Shown here one piece after another: positions 55,969 to 64,000 of a DNA stretch of 64,000 nt. Position 1 is the stretch's first letter. Each line of letters begins with the position of its first letter. The stretch is from an uncultured bacterium (GTDB lineage Bacteria > Bacillota_I > Bacilli_A > RFN20 > CAG-826): NCBI GenBank assembly GCA_949297445.1, contig CASFSS010000006.1, positions 31,228-95,227 on the forward strand, given 5' to 3'. A program made the translations under genes and the position numbers. A model generated the notes under the pieces. The model searched no databases, was not told where the DNA came from, and was given only the letters and a program-made list of their open reading frames with translations.

Positions 55969-57690
55969 ATGATTTATCGAACACATCTAAATAAAGAAAT
56001 CGATGAAAAATTAGTTGGAGAAGAAGTCATGCTGGCTGGCTGGGTTAAAACCATCCGCAATTTGGGCGGTCTTGCCTTTATTGACTTACGTGACCACGGC
56101 GATATCGTTCAATTATTTTTCTCAGACGCGAAAGCTGTCAGCAATCTTTCGCCCGAAGACGTCATATCCATTAAAGGAAAAGTACGTCTTAGAGAAAAGG
56201 CCAATCCACAATTAAAATCAGGTAAGGTCGAAGTGGTTGTCACTTCTTTAACTTTGCTATCCGAAGCAAAAACTACTCCATTAATTATCGACGATGCGAC
56301 CGATGCCTTAGAAGATACGCGATTAAAATATCGTTATCTCGATTTAAGAAGACCTATCATGCAACACAATTTAAAAGTGCGCGCCCAAATCGTCAAAGCG
56401 GTGCATGAATATTTAGATGCCCACGATTTTACCGAAATAGAAACGCCATTATTATGTTTATCTACTCCAGAAGGCGCGCGTGATTTTTTAGTGCCTTCAA
56501 GAATTAATAAAGGTGCTTTCTACGCTTTACCGCAATCTCCTCAAATCTTTAAACAACTTCTAATGATTGGCGGTTTAGAACGTTACTATCAAATCGCCAA
56601 ATGTCTACGTGATGAAGATTTAAGAAGCGATCGACAGCCCGAATTTACTCAAATTGATATTGAGACATCCTTTATGGATGAAGAAGAAATTTTAACCCTC
56701 ACCGAGGGATTATTAGCGAAGATATTCCAAGATGTCGCTCATAAAAAGATTTCTTTACCATTGCGACGTATTCCTTACGCTGAAGCAATCAGTCGCTATG
56801 GTTCGGATAAACCTGATACACGTTTTGGCTTAGAAATTAAAGCTTTGGATAGCTTATTCGAGGATAGTGAGTTCACATTGTTTAAAACCGTCGAATGCAT
56901 TCGTGGCTTTATCGTTCCTAATTACGCCCATATTTTGACGCGTAAAGTGCTAGATAGTCTAAACTTAGAGGCCAAGAAATTTTCTCCGCATGGTCTCATT
57001 GCTTTAAAATACGAAAATGGCACCTTATTAGGATCGATTACCAAATTCTTAAGTGAGGAGAAAATCGAAGAAATTATTCAAACACTCGAACTTAAAAATG
57101 ATGATGTATTAATTTTAGGCGGTGGCGATTATTATAAAGTCTCCTTCATGTTAGGGGCGATAAGAAAGCAATTAGGCGATGAATTATCATTATATGATAA
57201 AAATGTGGATGATTTATTGTGGGTCACCGAATTTCCTCTCTTTGAGAAGCGCGATGACGGCACCTTTACTTCTTCGCATCATCCCTTTACACGACCTAGC
57301 GAAGCGACAATACAATATTTAAAAAGCCAACCAGAAAAGGTTTTATCGAGCGCTTATGACATTGTCATTAACGGCTACGAAGCCGGCGGTGGTTCATTAA
57401 GAATTTATAACCAAGATGTCCAAAAACAAGTTTTTACAATTTTAGGTTTAAGTGAAGAGGATATCGCAAGAAAATTTGGCTTCTTCGTCGAGGCCTTTGA
57501 CTACGGCACGCCTCCTCACGGTGGTTTAGCTTTCGGTCTAGAACGTCTAACGATGATATTGTGCCATACCGATAATATCCGCGACGTCATCGCCTTCCCC
57601 AAAAATCTACGTGGGGTGGATATGATGTCAAACGCTCCTCGTCCAGTCGATCCTAAACAATTAGAAGAGCTAGGAATAAAAATTGATTAA
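55969..57690 (+). CDS. aspS: aspartate--tRNA ligase
   Basis: OB-fold N-terminus, CLRDEDLRSDRQPEFTQID, GGGSLRI, and FGLERL in motif 3. 573 aa. Confidence 0.96.
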   Translation: MIYRTHLNKEIDEKLVGEEVMLAGWVKTIRNLGGLAFIDLRDHGDIVQLFFSDAKAVSNLSPEDVISIKGKVRLREKANPQLKSGKVEVVVTSLTLLSEAKTTPLIIDDATDALEDTRLKYRYLDLRRPIMQHNLKVRAQIVKAVHEYLDAHDFTEIETPLLCLSTPEGARDFLVPSRINKGAFYALPQSPQIFKQLLMIGGLERYYQIAKCLRDEDLRSDRQPEFTQIDIETSFMDEEEILTLTEGLLAKIFQDVAHKKISLPLRRIPYAEAISRYGSDKPDTRFGLEIKALDSLFEDSEFTLFKTVECIRGFIVPNYAHILTRKVLDSLNLEAKKFSPHGLIALKYENGTLLGSITKFLSEEKIEEIIQTLELKNDDVLILGGGDYYKVSFMLGAIRKQLGDELSLYDKNVDDLLWVTEFPLFEKRDDGTFTSSHHPFTRPSEATIQYLKSQPEKVLSSAYDIVINGYEAGGGSLRIYNQDVQKQVFTILGLSEEDIARKFGFFVEAFDYGTPPHGGLAFGLERLTMILCHTDNIRDVIAFPKNLRGVDMMSNAPRPVDPKQLEELGIKID

Positions 57691-57746
57691 CTTTGTTAAA
57701 ACAACTAAAATATAACTAAATTTTAACTAAATGGAGGAAAACACAC

Positions 57747-59732
57747 ATGGCAAAGATTAACTATGATAATTTGGATACCTGCTATTTGCGCGCATTATGT
57801 ATCGACATGATTAATAAGGCCAATAGCGGCCATCCTGGTATGGCGTTAGGGAGCGCCCCGGTATTAGAAGTCCTTTTCAAAGAGTACTTAACATCCGACG
57901 TACGTCACCCCGATTGGATTAATCGCGATCGTTTTGTTTTAAGCGCCGGTCACGCTTCGGCTCTTTTATATGCGATGATTCATCTAGTTGGCTACCCATT
58001 ATCGCTTGACGACTTGAAACAATTCCGCCAAATCGGCAGTTTGACACCTGGTCATCCTGAATATCGACATACTGTCGGCGTCGATGCAACCAGTGGTCCT
58101 TTAGGACAAGGCATCTCGCAAGCGGTTGGTTTAGCGATTGCCGAAAGACATTTACACGCTATTTTGCCCGAAAAGTACCAATCACTTGTCGATCACTACA
58201 CTTTTGCGTTATGTGGCGATGGTTGTTTAGAGGAAGGCATCTCGCAAGAAGCAATTTCTCTCGCCGGACATTTAGGTCTCAACAAATTAATTTTAATTTA
58301 CGACTGTAATGATGTTACATTAGATGGCCCGCTAGCCGCTTCTAGTAGCGACATGACCGCGCTTCGCTTTAAAGCCGCTAATTGGAATGTTATTTTGGTC
58401 GATAAGGGACAAGTCGACCCCTCGAAAGATGCCATTAGTAAAGCGATCAAAAAGGCCAAGAAAGAAACCGAGCGGCCGACCCTTATTATTGTTCATACCA
58501 CAATAGGCTATGGTTCGAGCAAACAAGGCACATCGAAAGTGCATGGCTCGCCATTAGGCGAGAGCGATGGATTAATTGCCAAACAATCATATGGTTATCC
58601 AGATTTTGATAAAACATTTTGCTTGCCCGAGGATGTTTATAGCCACTTCCGTGATCCCTTTGCTAAACGCGGCAAAAAGGCCTATGCAAAATATAATTCT
58701 TTATTAAAAGAAGCAAAGCGAGAAATACCCGAGCTTGTCGATATGCTTCTACGCGGCCACTACGGCGCTTATTCATACGAAAAAATCCAAGATTTGGCCT
58801 ATCTACCAGAGGCTAGTGGCAGCGAATCAACCAGAGCAGCCAGCGGGAAAATTTTAAATTTGTTGCATCCGCTTCTTCCTAACCTGCTTGGCGGAAGTGC
58901 CGATGTCGCCGGCAGTGTAATGACAAAAATTAAAGGCGCTAGCGATTTTTCTAAAGAAAACTATGCTGGCACAAATATCAACTATGGCATTCGTGAATTC
59001 GCCATGGCCTCCATTAATAACGGCATATTGCTCCATGGCGGTTTAAGAGCCTATGGCGGTTGCTTTTTGGTGTTTAGCGATTATTTAAAACCAGCTATCC
59101 GCTTGGCTAGTTTATCAAAACTTCCAGCCATTTATTTATTCTCTCACGATTCGGTTGCCCTCGGCGAAGATGGCCCAACCCATCAGCCAATCGAACAATT
59201 AGCAATGTTAAGAAGCATTCCTGGCGTCAATGTTTATCGACCGGCTGACGGCTATGAAACATTGGTGGCTTATAAGATGGCTCTTAAAGATGATAGTCAT
59301 CCTTCATGTTTGATTTTATCTAGACAAAATTTACCATATTTGACCGAAGCGCACACCGATGAGGCGATGCGTGGGGCGTATATTCTAAAGCACGAAACCG
59401 CTCCTTTAAAAGGAACAATCATTGCTTGCGGCAGTGAAGTCGCCTTGGCGTTAGAAGCCATCAAAGATCGCGATGATATCCGCCTTGTCTCCATGCTTTG
59501 TAGCGAGGTTTTCGACCGACAAGATGAGAACTATAAAGAGGAGACATTGGGTGCTCGCTATTGTCAGCGAATTGCTGTCGAAATGCTTTCATCGTTTGGC
59601 TGGCACAAATACGCTAAGCACGTTATGAGTGTCGATAATTTCGGTTATAGTGGCAAAAGTTCTGACATTATTGCAAAAATAGACTTTACGCCCAATCGAC
59701 TAAGAAAACTAATTGAAGAGACGCTCGATTAA
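57747..59732 (+). CDS. tkt: transketolase
   Basis: SGHPGMALG, GDGCLEEGISQEA and HDSVALGEDGPTHQPIE motifs. 661 aa. GGAGGA ribosome-binding site. Confidence 0.96.
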   Translation: MAKINYDNLDTCYLRALCIDMINKANSGHPGMALGSAPVLEVLFKEYLTSDVRHPDWINRDRFVLSAGHASALLYAMIHLVGYPLSLDDLKQFRQIGSLTPGHPEYRHTVGVDATSGPLGQGISQAVGLAIAERHLHAILPEKYQSLVDHYTFALCGDGCLEEGISQEAISLAGHLGLNKLILIYDCNDVTLDGPLAASSSDMTALRFKAANWNVILVDKGQVDPSKDAISKAIKKAKKETERPTLIIVHTTIGYGSSKQGTSKVHGSPLGESDGLIAKQSYGYPDFDKTFCLPEDVYSHFRDPFAKRGKKAYAKYNSLLKEAKREIPELVDMLLRGHYGAYSYEKIQDLAYLPEASGSESTRAASGKILNLLHPLLPNLLGGSADVAGSVMTKIKGASDFSKENYAGTNINYGIREFAMASINNGILLHGGLRAYGGCFLVFSDYLKPAIRLASLSKLPAIYLFSHDSVALGEDGPTHQPIEQLAMLRSIPGVNVYRPADGYETLVAYKMALKDDSHPSCLILSRQNLPYLTEAHTDEAMRGAYILKHETAPLKGTIIACGSEVALALEAIKDRDDIRLVSMLCSEVFDRQDENYKEETLGARYCQRIAVEMLSSFGWHKYAKHVMSVDNFGYSGKSSDIIAKIDFTPNRLRKLIEETLD

Positions 59733-59733
59733 C

Positions 59734-59762
59734 TTGTTAATGACGCTCGTTCTCGCTATAAT
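59734..59762 (+). promoter_or_regulatory. candidate promoter of the asp23-nusB-xseAB-dxs cluster
   Basis: TTGTTA, a 17-nt spacer, then TATAAT. It begins 2 nt after the tkt stop and ends 19 nt before the asp23 ATG. Confidence 0.55.
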
Positions 59763-59781
59763 ATTAACTTAGGAAAGAAAA

Positions 59782-60123
59782 ATGGCCGACTACGTTTTAA
59801 TTAAAAATTATTCGAACATTGGCGATCTCGGTATTTCGAGAAAGTGTTTTATTGCCGTCGCAAATGAGGCGGTAAAGCGCGTTCAAGGAGCGGAAGTTAC
59901 GACTGGAAAGAAAGAAATATTATCTTTCAATGTTAAACGTCCTATCCAAGTGTTCTTTAAAAGTAACGGGCAAGTTGAATTCGACATTTCTATCGATGTT
60001 AAAGGCGGTAATAATGTCACGAAAATATGCACGTCAATCCAAGAAGAAGTCAGCAATTCTTTAATTGCCATGACTGAATCTGTTCCCTTCAAAATTAACA
60101 TTAAAGTCGCCTCGATTTCATAG
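59782..60123 (+). CDS. Asp23/Gls24 family envelope stress protein (YqhY-like)
   Basis: 113 aa. GISRKCFIAVANEAVKRVQG is typical of the Asp23 family. The position upstream of nusB matches Bacillus yqhY. Confidence 0.8.
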   Translation: MADYVLIKNYSNIGDLGISRKCFIAVANEAVKRVQGAEVTTGKKEILSFNVKRPIQVFFKSNGQVEFDISIDVKGGNNVTKICTSIQEEVSNSLIAMTESVPFKINIKVASIS

Positions 60124-60125
60124 TT

Positions 60126-60770
60126 ATGGCGCTTTTTAAGAAGAAAAAGAAAGAAGCTCTCACCTACGTTGAAGCCCATAATCGGGCAGTAGGCAAATAC
60201 AAAAAAGCTTCTTTTTTTCTACTGTGGGCCGGGATAGTTAATTTTTTAAGTGCAATTATCGGCGCCTTTCAAAGCATGTCTAGTGCTTGGCCAAGTTCGG
60301 GTTATGCCATGAGCTTTTCGGTACAAATTTTGATAAATGCAACTCTAGTCGAGTATCTAGATACCTGGGTGGCAATCATTCTAATACTTTTAATTTCAGC
60401 AATCTTGGGCGGATTATTTTGTTTACTTGGCGCCTTCGCCGTGCGTGGCTTCAAAGTTTTTCTATTTGTTGGCATCGGCTTATATTTAGTCGATTTCGCT
60501 TGCATGTTTCCTTTTTACGAAATTAGTGTTTTAAAACAATATTGGAACTGGACACCGTACGCTTTTACTTTAGCGACGCATCTTGTAATATTAATATTCT
60601 TATTTATCGCAGTTTATTATTACTTTTTAGTAATAAACATTGAGAAACACAAAAACAATAGTCAAGTTGACTCGGCGACCACTTTTGAAACGAAAGAGGA
60701 AACAGAGGTCATTGCGATTAGCGAAGAAGAAAGCGAGGGCAAAGACAAAGATGACAGTAAGCAGAAATAA
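60126..60770 (+). CDS. hypothetical multi-pass membrane protein with an acidic C-terminal tail
   Basis: 214 aa with about 5 hydrophobic segments. Lies between asp23 and nusB. No family recognised. Confidence 0.7.
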   Translation: MALFKKKKKEALTYVEAHNRAVGKYKKASFFLLWAGIVNFLSAIIGAFQSMSSAWPSSGYAMSFSVQILINATLVEYLDTWVAIILILLISAILGGLFCLLGAFAVRGFKVFLFVGIGLYLVDFACMFPFYEISVLKQYWNWTPYAFTLATHLVILIFLFIAVYYYFLVINIEKHKNNSQVDSATTFETKEETEVIAISEEESEGKDKDDSKQK

Positions 60771-61158
60771 ATCCTATGAAATTTTAATCGGTGTCATTTA
60801 CGACTTTTTAATCGCCGTCGACATGAATGAAGAAGTCGATGTCGAGAAAACGATGTCCGATGCTTTTAATGTGCCATACGCCGACATCGATGTTTTGCCA
60901 AAGGAAATCGTCATCCAAACTATCAAAAATTTTCAAGCGATCGTTAAAACATTTCAAGCGGCAATGCCTACGTGGCGTTTTGAGCGATTAAATCGCCTCA
61001 TCCAAGCTATCTTATTGATGAGTTACGCTAACTACACCTACGTAAAAAATATCGATAAAGCTGTCGTGATAAATATCGCTATAAAACTCGCGAAAAGATA
61101 TGGCGACGCCAACGATTATAAATTCGTAAATGCCATTTTGGACAACGTGTTAAAATGA
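60751..61158 (+). CDS. nusB: transcription antitermination factor NusB
   Basis: About 135 aa of NusB-like helical sequence, upstream of xseA. I chose the ATG at 60751; the track start at 60640 gives a K/R-rich out-of-frame overlap with the upstream gene. Confidence 0.8.
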   Translation: MTVSRNKSYEILIGVIYDFLIAVDMNEEVDVEKTMSDAFNVPYADIDVLPKEIVIQTIKNFQAIVKTFQAAMPTWRFERLNRLIQAILLMSYANYTYVKNIDKAVVINIAIKLAKRYGDANDYKFVNAILDNVLK

Positions 61159-62363
61159 ATATTTTCTCGCCAACCACCCTCAATCAATATATCAAAAGCC
61201 GGCTAGATAGCGACCCGTTTTTATATAATATAAACATAAAAGGTGAGCTATCGAATTTTCGCGGTGCTAGCGGAAACGGACATTGTTACTTTTCTATTAA
61301 AGATGAACGCTCGTTAATCGACTGTGTGATGTTTCATGAATACGCCGCCTATATGGATCCAAACCTCAAAGATGGCGATGAAGTGATTGTGGAAGGATCA
61401 ATCGGCGTTTATTTGGCGCGCGGAAAATATCAAATCTATGTCAAACGCTTAGAAATTTACGGAAAAGGTGCGCAACTAGTCGAACTCGAAAAACTAAAAG
61501 CTAAGTTATTCGCTGAAGGTCTTTTTGACAGCCATCATAAAAAGGCACTTCCTCTTTATCCTGCAAAAATAGCCCTTATAAGCGCCAAAAATAGTGCGGC
61601 CTTAAAAGATATGACGAGCAACATCTTTCGTCGCTTCCCGCTCGCGAAAGTGGTCATTTTCGACGCGTTGACGCAAGGAGAGGAGGCTAGCAAGTCATTA
61701 ATTGAAGCCCTGAAGGCTGCAATCGATGCTAGTCCTAGCGTCATCATTATTGGTCGCGGCGGTGGCTCTAATGAAGACTTAAGTCCTTTTAATGATGAGC
61801 AACTCGCTCGGGCAGTCTACGCTTCCCCCGTTCCAATTATTTCGGCGGTCGGTCACGAAATAAACACTACTATCATTGATTTAGTTGCTGATTGTCGTGC
61901 CTCAACGCCGACTGGTGCCGCTGAGCTAGCAACGCCAGATATTGACGATATATACGCAAGGCTCGCGTTTTTGAAAACGCACTTCAATACAAAGATAAGC
62001 GAAATATATAAACGAAATGAAAATAAATTAAAACTCTTATCAACTAGAATTCGTTATGATAAGCCTTGGGAAAAGATTCTTGAAAAAAATCTTGACCGCT
62101 TGGCAAAATATCGTACAGACATTAATTTAAAAATTAATGCTATATTAAACGAGAATGCTCAAAGAATCTTAATTGCTAAAAAAAGATTGAATGCTTTATC
62201 GCCATACGAAGTTTTAAATAGAGGTTATTCAATCGTTTTGACAAGTGAAGGCAATGTCGTTGATTCAATCGGCAAAGTGCGAGAAAACGATGAACTTTAT
62301 ACACGCTTAAAAGATGGTATAATAACTTCAACCGTCGTCAGCAAAAAGAAAAAGAATAGCTGA
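61155..62363 (+). CDS. xseA: exodeoxyribonuclease VII large subunit
   Basis: OB-fold N-terminus (IKGELSNF....GHCYFSIKD) and IIIGRGGGSNEDL motif. 402 aa. Confidence 0.93.
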   Translation: MNIFSPTTLNQYIKSRLDSDPFLYNINIKGELSNFRGASGNGHCYFSIKDERSLIDCVMFHEYAAYMDPNLKDGDEVIVEGSIGVYLARGKYQIYVKRLEIYGKGAQLVELEKLKAKLFAEGLFDSHHKKALPLYPAKIALISAKNSAALKDMTSNIFRRFPLAKVVIFDALTQGEEASKSLIEALKAAIDASPSVIIIGRGGGSNEDLSPFNDEQLARAVYASPVPIISAVGHEINTTIIDLVADCRASTPTGAAELATPDIDDIYARLAFLKTHFNTKISEIYKRNENKLKLLSTRIRYDKPWEKILEKNLDRLAKYRTDINLKINAILNENAQRILIAKKRLNALSPYEVLNRGYSIVLTSEGNVVDSIGKVRENDELYTRLKDGIITSTVVSKKKKNS

Positions 62364-62380
62364 GCAAGGAGTATCTAGGT

Positions 62381-62596
62381 ATGAAAAATAATGATTTTGC
62401 AAAAAAATTAGAACAGCTCGAGACAATGTTAGATGATTTAGAAAACAAAGTATTGCCTCTAGAAGAAAGCATTGATATCTACGAAAAGGCATTAAAACAA
62501 ATCGATGAACTTGAGAAAGTTCTTAAAGAAGCACAAGAGCGCATTTTGGCAGCTCAAGAAAAAACCGACAAAGTCGGTGATAATACCAATAGTTAA
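62381..62596 (+). CDS. xseB: exodeoxyribonuclease VII small subunit
   Basis: 71-aa helical protein (FAKKLEQLETMLDDLEN..LPLEESI..YEKA) directly after xseA. AAGGAG ribosome-binding site. Confidence 0.9.
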   Translation: MKNNDFAKKLEQLETMLDDLENKVLPLEESIDIYEKALKQIDELEKVLKEAQERILAAQEKTDKVGDNTNS

Positions 62597-62615
62597 ATTT
62601 TAGTAGTTTTTTAGT

Positions 62616-64000
62616 ATGAAAAATAAGAAAAAACAATTAAAAAATATTCCTCTTGAGACGATTAGTGATCCGACTTTTTTACACGAATTGAACTATAAAG
62701 AACTTGATTTATTAGCGGAAAACATTCGACAAAAAATCATTGAAACAACCTCGATTAACGGCGGACACTTATCATCAAATCTCGGTGTCGTTGAATTGAC
62801 AATTGCATTGCATCGAGTTTTCGACTTTAAAACTGATAAACTTATTTTCGATGTTGGCCACCAGGCTTATACACATAAAATTTTAACGGGACGTGACATA
62901 TCAACCATTCGTAAAAAAGATGGCGTCGCATCCTTTCAAAAAATGGATGAATCCATTTATGATGTTTATGAAGCTGGTCATTCTTCTACTTCCTTAAGCG
63001 CGGCAAGTGCGATGGCCATCGCTCGCGATTTAAACCACGAACAATATAACGTCGTGGCTTTGATTGGTGATAGTTCAATCGTTAACGGTCTAGCCTTTGA
63101 GGCTTTGAATAACATATCTCACACAAATCATAAAGTAATTATCATTTTAAATGATAACGAGATGTCCATTTCTCAACCGGTCGGAGGAATGGGAAGATTC
63201 TTCTCCAAAATTTCTACCGGCTATCGTTATAATAAAATGAAAAATCAATTGAAACATAGTCTATATAAAACGCGCCCCGGCCAACATTTTTTCAATTTTT
63301 TAGCTAGATTCAAAAATGCGGTCAAACGTAAATTGGTGCCAACGACAGTGTTCGATAATCTTGGCTTAATCTATTCAGGTCCTTATGATGGTCATAATAT
63401 TAAGGCATTAGAAAAAGCTTTTCGACGCGCGAAGAACACTAATCGCTCAGTTGTAATTCACGCCATTACAACCAAAGGAAAAGGCTACAAATTTGCCGAA
63501 AGCGATCGAACCGGTTATTGGCACGGCGTCTCGCCTTTTGATGTTCAAACAGGCGCGCCAAAGGTTATCTATCAAAATAGCGTCTCCTGGTCTCACTTAT
63601 TCGCCGACTTAACTTATGAACGAATGTTAAGCGATGAAAAGACTATATTAATTTCTCCCGCGACCGAAAAAGGGGCGGGCATGGATCGCATCTTTCACGA
63701 TTTTAAGGAGCGTTCATTTGATGTCGGCATAGCCGAAGAACATGCGGTGGTCTTGGCGGGCGCACTTGCTTTATCGAGCTATCACCCTATCATTTCAATC
63801 TATTCAACCTTTTTACAAAGAACTTACGACATGATTGCTCATGACGTTGCTCGCATGAATGAAAAAGTTACTTTTTTAATCGATCGAGCTGGTCTAGTTG
63901 GACCGGATGGAGAGACGCATCAAGGAATATACGATATTGCTTTTTTGTCGACTATACCTAACGTGACAGTTGTTATGCCTACAACAATTAATGAAGCAAA
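62616..64000 (+). CDS. dxs: 1-deoxy-D-xylulose-5-phosphate synthase (5' part; runs off the window)
   Basis: Open frame from the ATG at 62616 to the window end. Motifs GGHLSSNLG, DVGHQAYTHKILTGR, GDSSIVNGLAFEALNN and IAEEHAV. It is absent from the ORF track because no stop lies within the window. Confidence 0.92.
   Translation, partial: MKNKKKQLKNIPLETISDPTFLHELNYKELDLLAENIRQKIIETTSINGGHLSSNLGVVELTIALHRVFDFKTDKLIFDVGHQAYTHKILTGRDISTIRKKDGVASFQKMDESIYDVYEAGHSSTSLSAASAMAIARDLNHEQYNVVALIGDSSIVNGLAFEALNNISHTNHKVIIILNDNEMSISQPVGGMGRFFSKISTGYRYNKMKNQLKHSLYKTRPGQHFFNFLARFKNAVKRKLVPTTVFDNLGLIYSGPYDGHNIKALEKAFRRAKNTNRSVVIHAITTKGKGYKFAESDRTGYWHGVSPFDVQTGAPKVIYQNSVSWSHLFADLTYERMLSDEKTILISPATEKGAGMDRIFHDFKERSFDVGIAEEHAVVLAGALALSSYHPIISIYSTFLQRTYDMIAHDVARMNEKVTFLIDRAGLVGPDGETHQGIYDIAFLSTIPNVTVVMPTTINEA

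Noticed and set aside
1-64000. Genetic code 4 (TGA read as Trp), as in Mycoplasma/Spiroplasma
   Set aside because: TGA terminates well-delimited genes at the expected family lengths (ribF at 9169-9171, acpS at 21235-21237). No conserved gene needs read-through of an in-frame TGA.
1-64000. tRNA, rRNA, CRISPR, IS/transposase, integrase, toxin-antitoxin or defence-system content
   Set aside because: I saw no T-loop-type GGTTCGAATCC motifs outside coding sequence, no regularly spaced direct repeats, no terminal inverted repeats flanking ORFs, and no ORFs with transposase, integrase or nuclease-ATPase defence signatures. Every sizeable ORF has a housekeeping assignment or is a simple membrane or surface protein.

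Overview
AT-rich, gene-dense housekeeping segment of a low-GC Firmicutes/Tenericutes-type genome. The gene order resembles Bacillus: rimP-nusA-ylxR-infB-rbfA, truB-ribF, rpsO-pnp, alaS-ruvX-DUF1292, rplU-prp-rpmA, obg, ruvAB, secDF-recJ, relA, hisS-aspS, asp23-nusB-xseAB-dxs. TGA is used as a stop codon (acpS, ribF), so this is genetic code 11, not the Mycoplasma code. About 60 protein genes are supported, mostly on the + strand, many with AGGAGG-like ribosome-binding sites, along with about ten intrinsic terminators. I saw no rRNA, tRNA, CRISPR array, IS element, prophage or defence island, and no large novel multi-gene system. The interesting signals are regulatory. (1) An untracked 28-codon leader ORF with six consecutive Tyr codons, with terminator/antiterminator pairings, lies upstream of a PF04392-type (putative Trp/Tyr) ABC importer. 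It sits back-to-back with a canonical T-box leader for alaS. (2) A membrane-anchored surface-protein gene is split by a +1 frame change at an A7 tract. (3) An intrinsic terminator lies inside the short rimP-nusA leader. (4) The RNase J homologue lacks two metal ligands of motif II. (5) A CIRCE operator overlaps the htpG promoter. (6) Several genes without a Shine-Dalgarno sequence have -10 boxes placed for leaderless mRNAs. All product calls come from motif recognition by eye; no searches were run.
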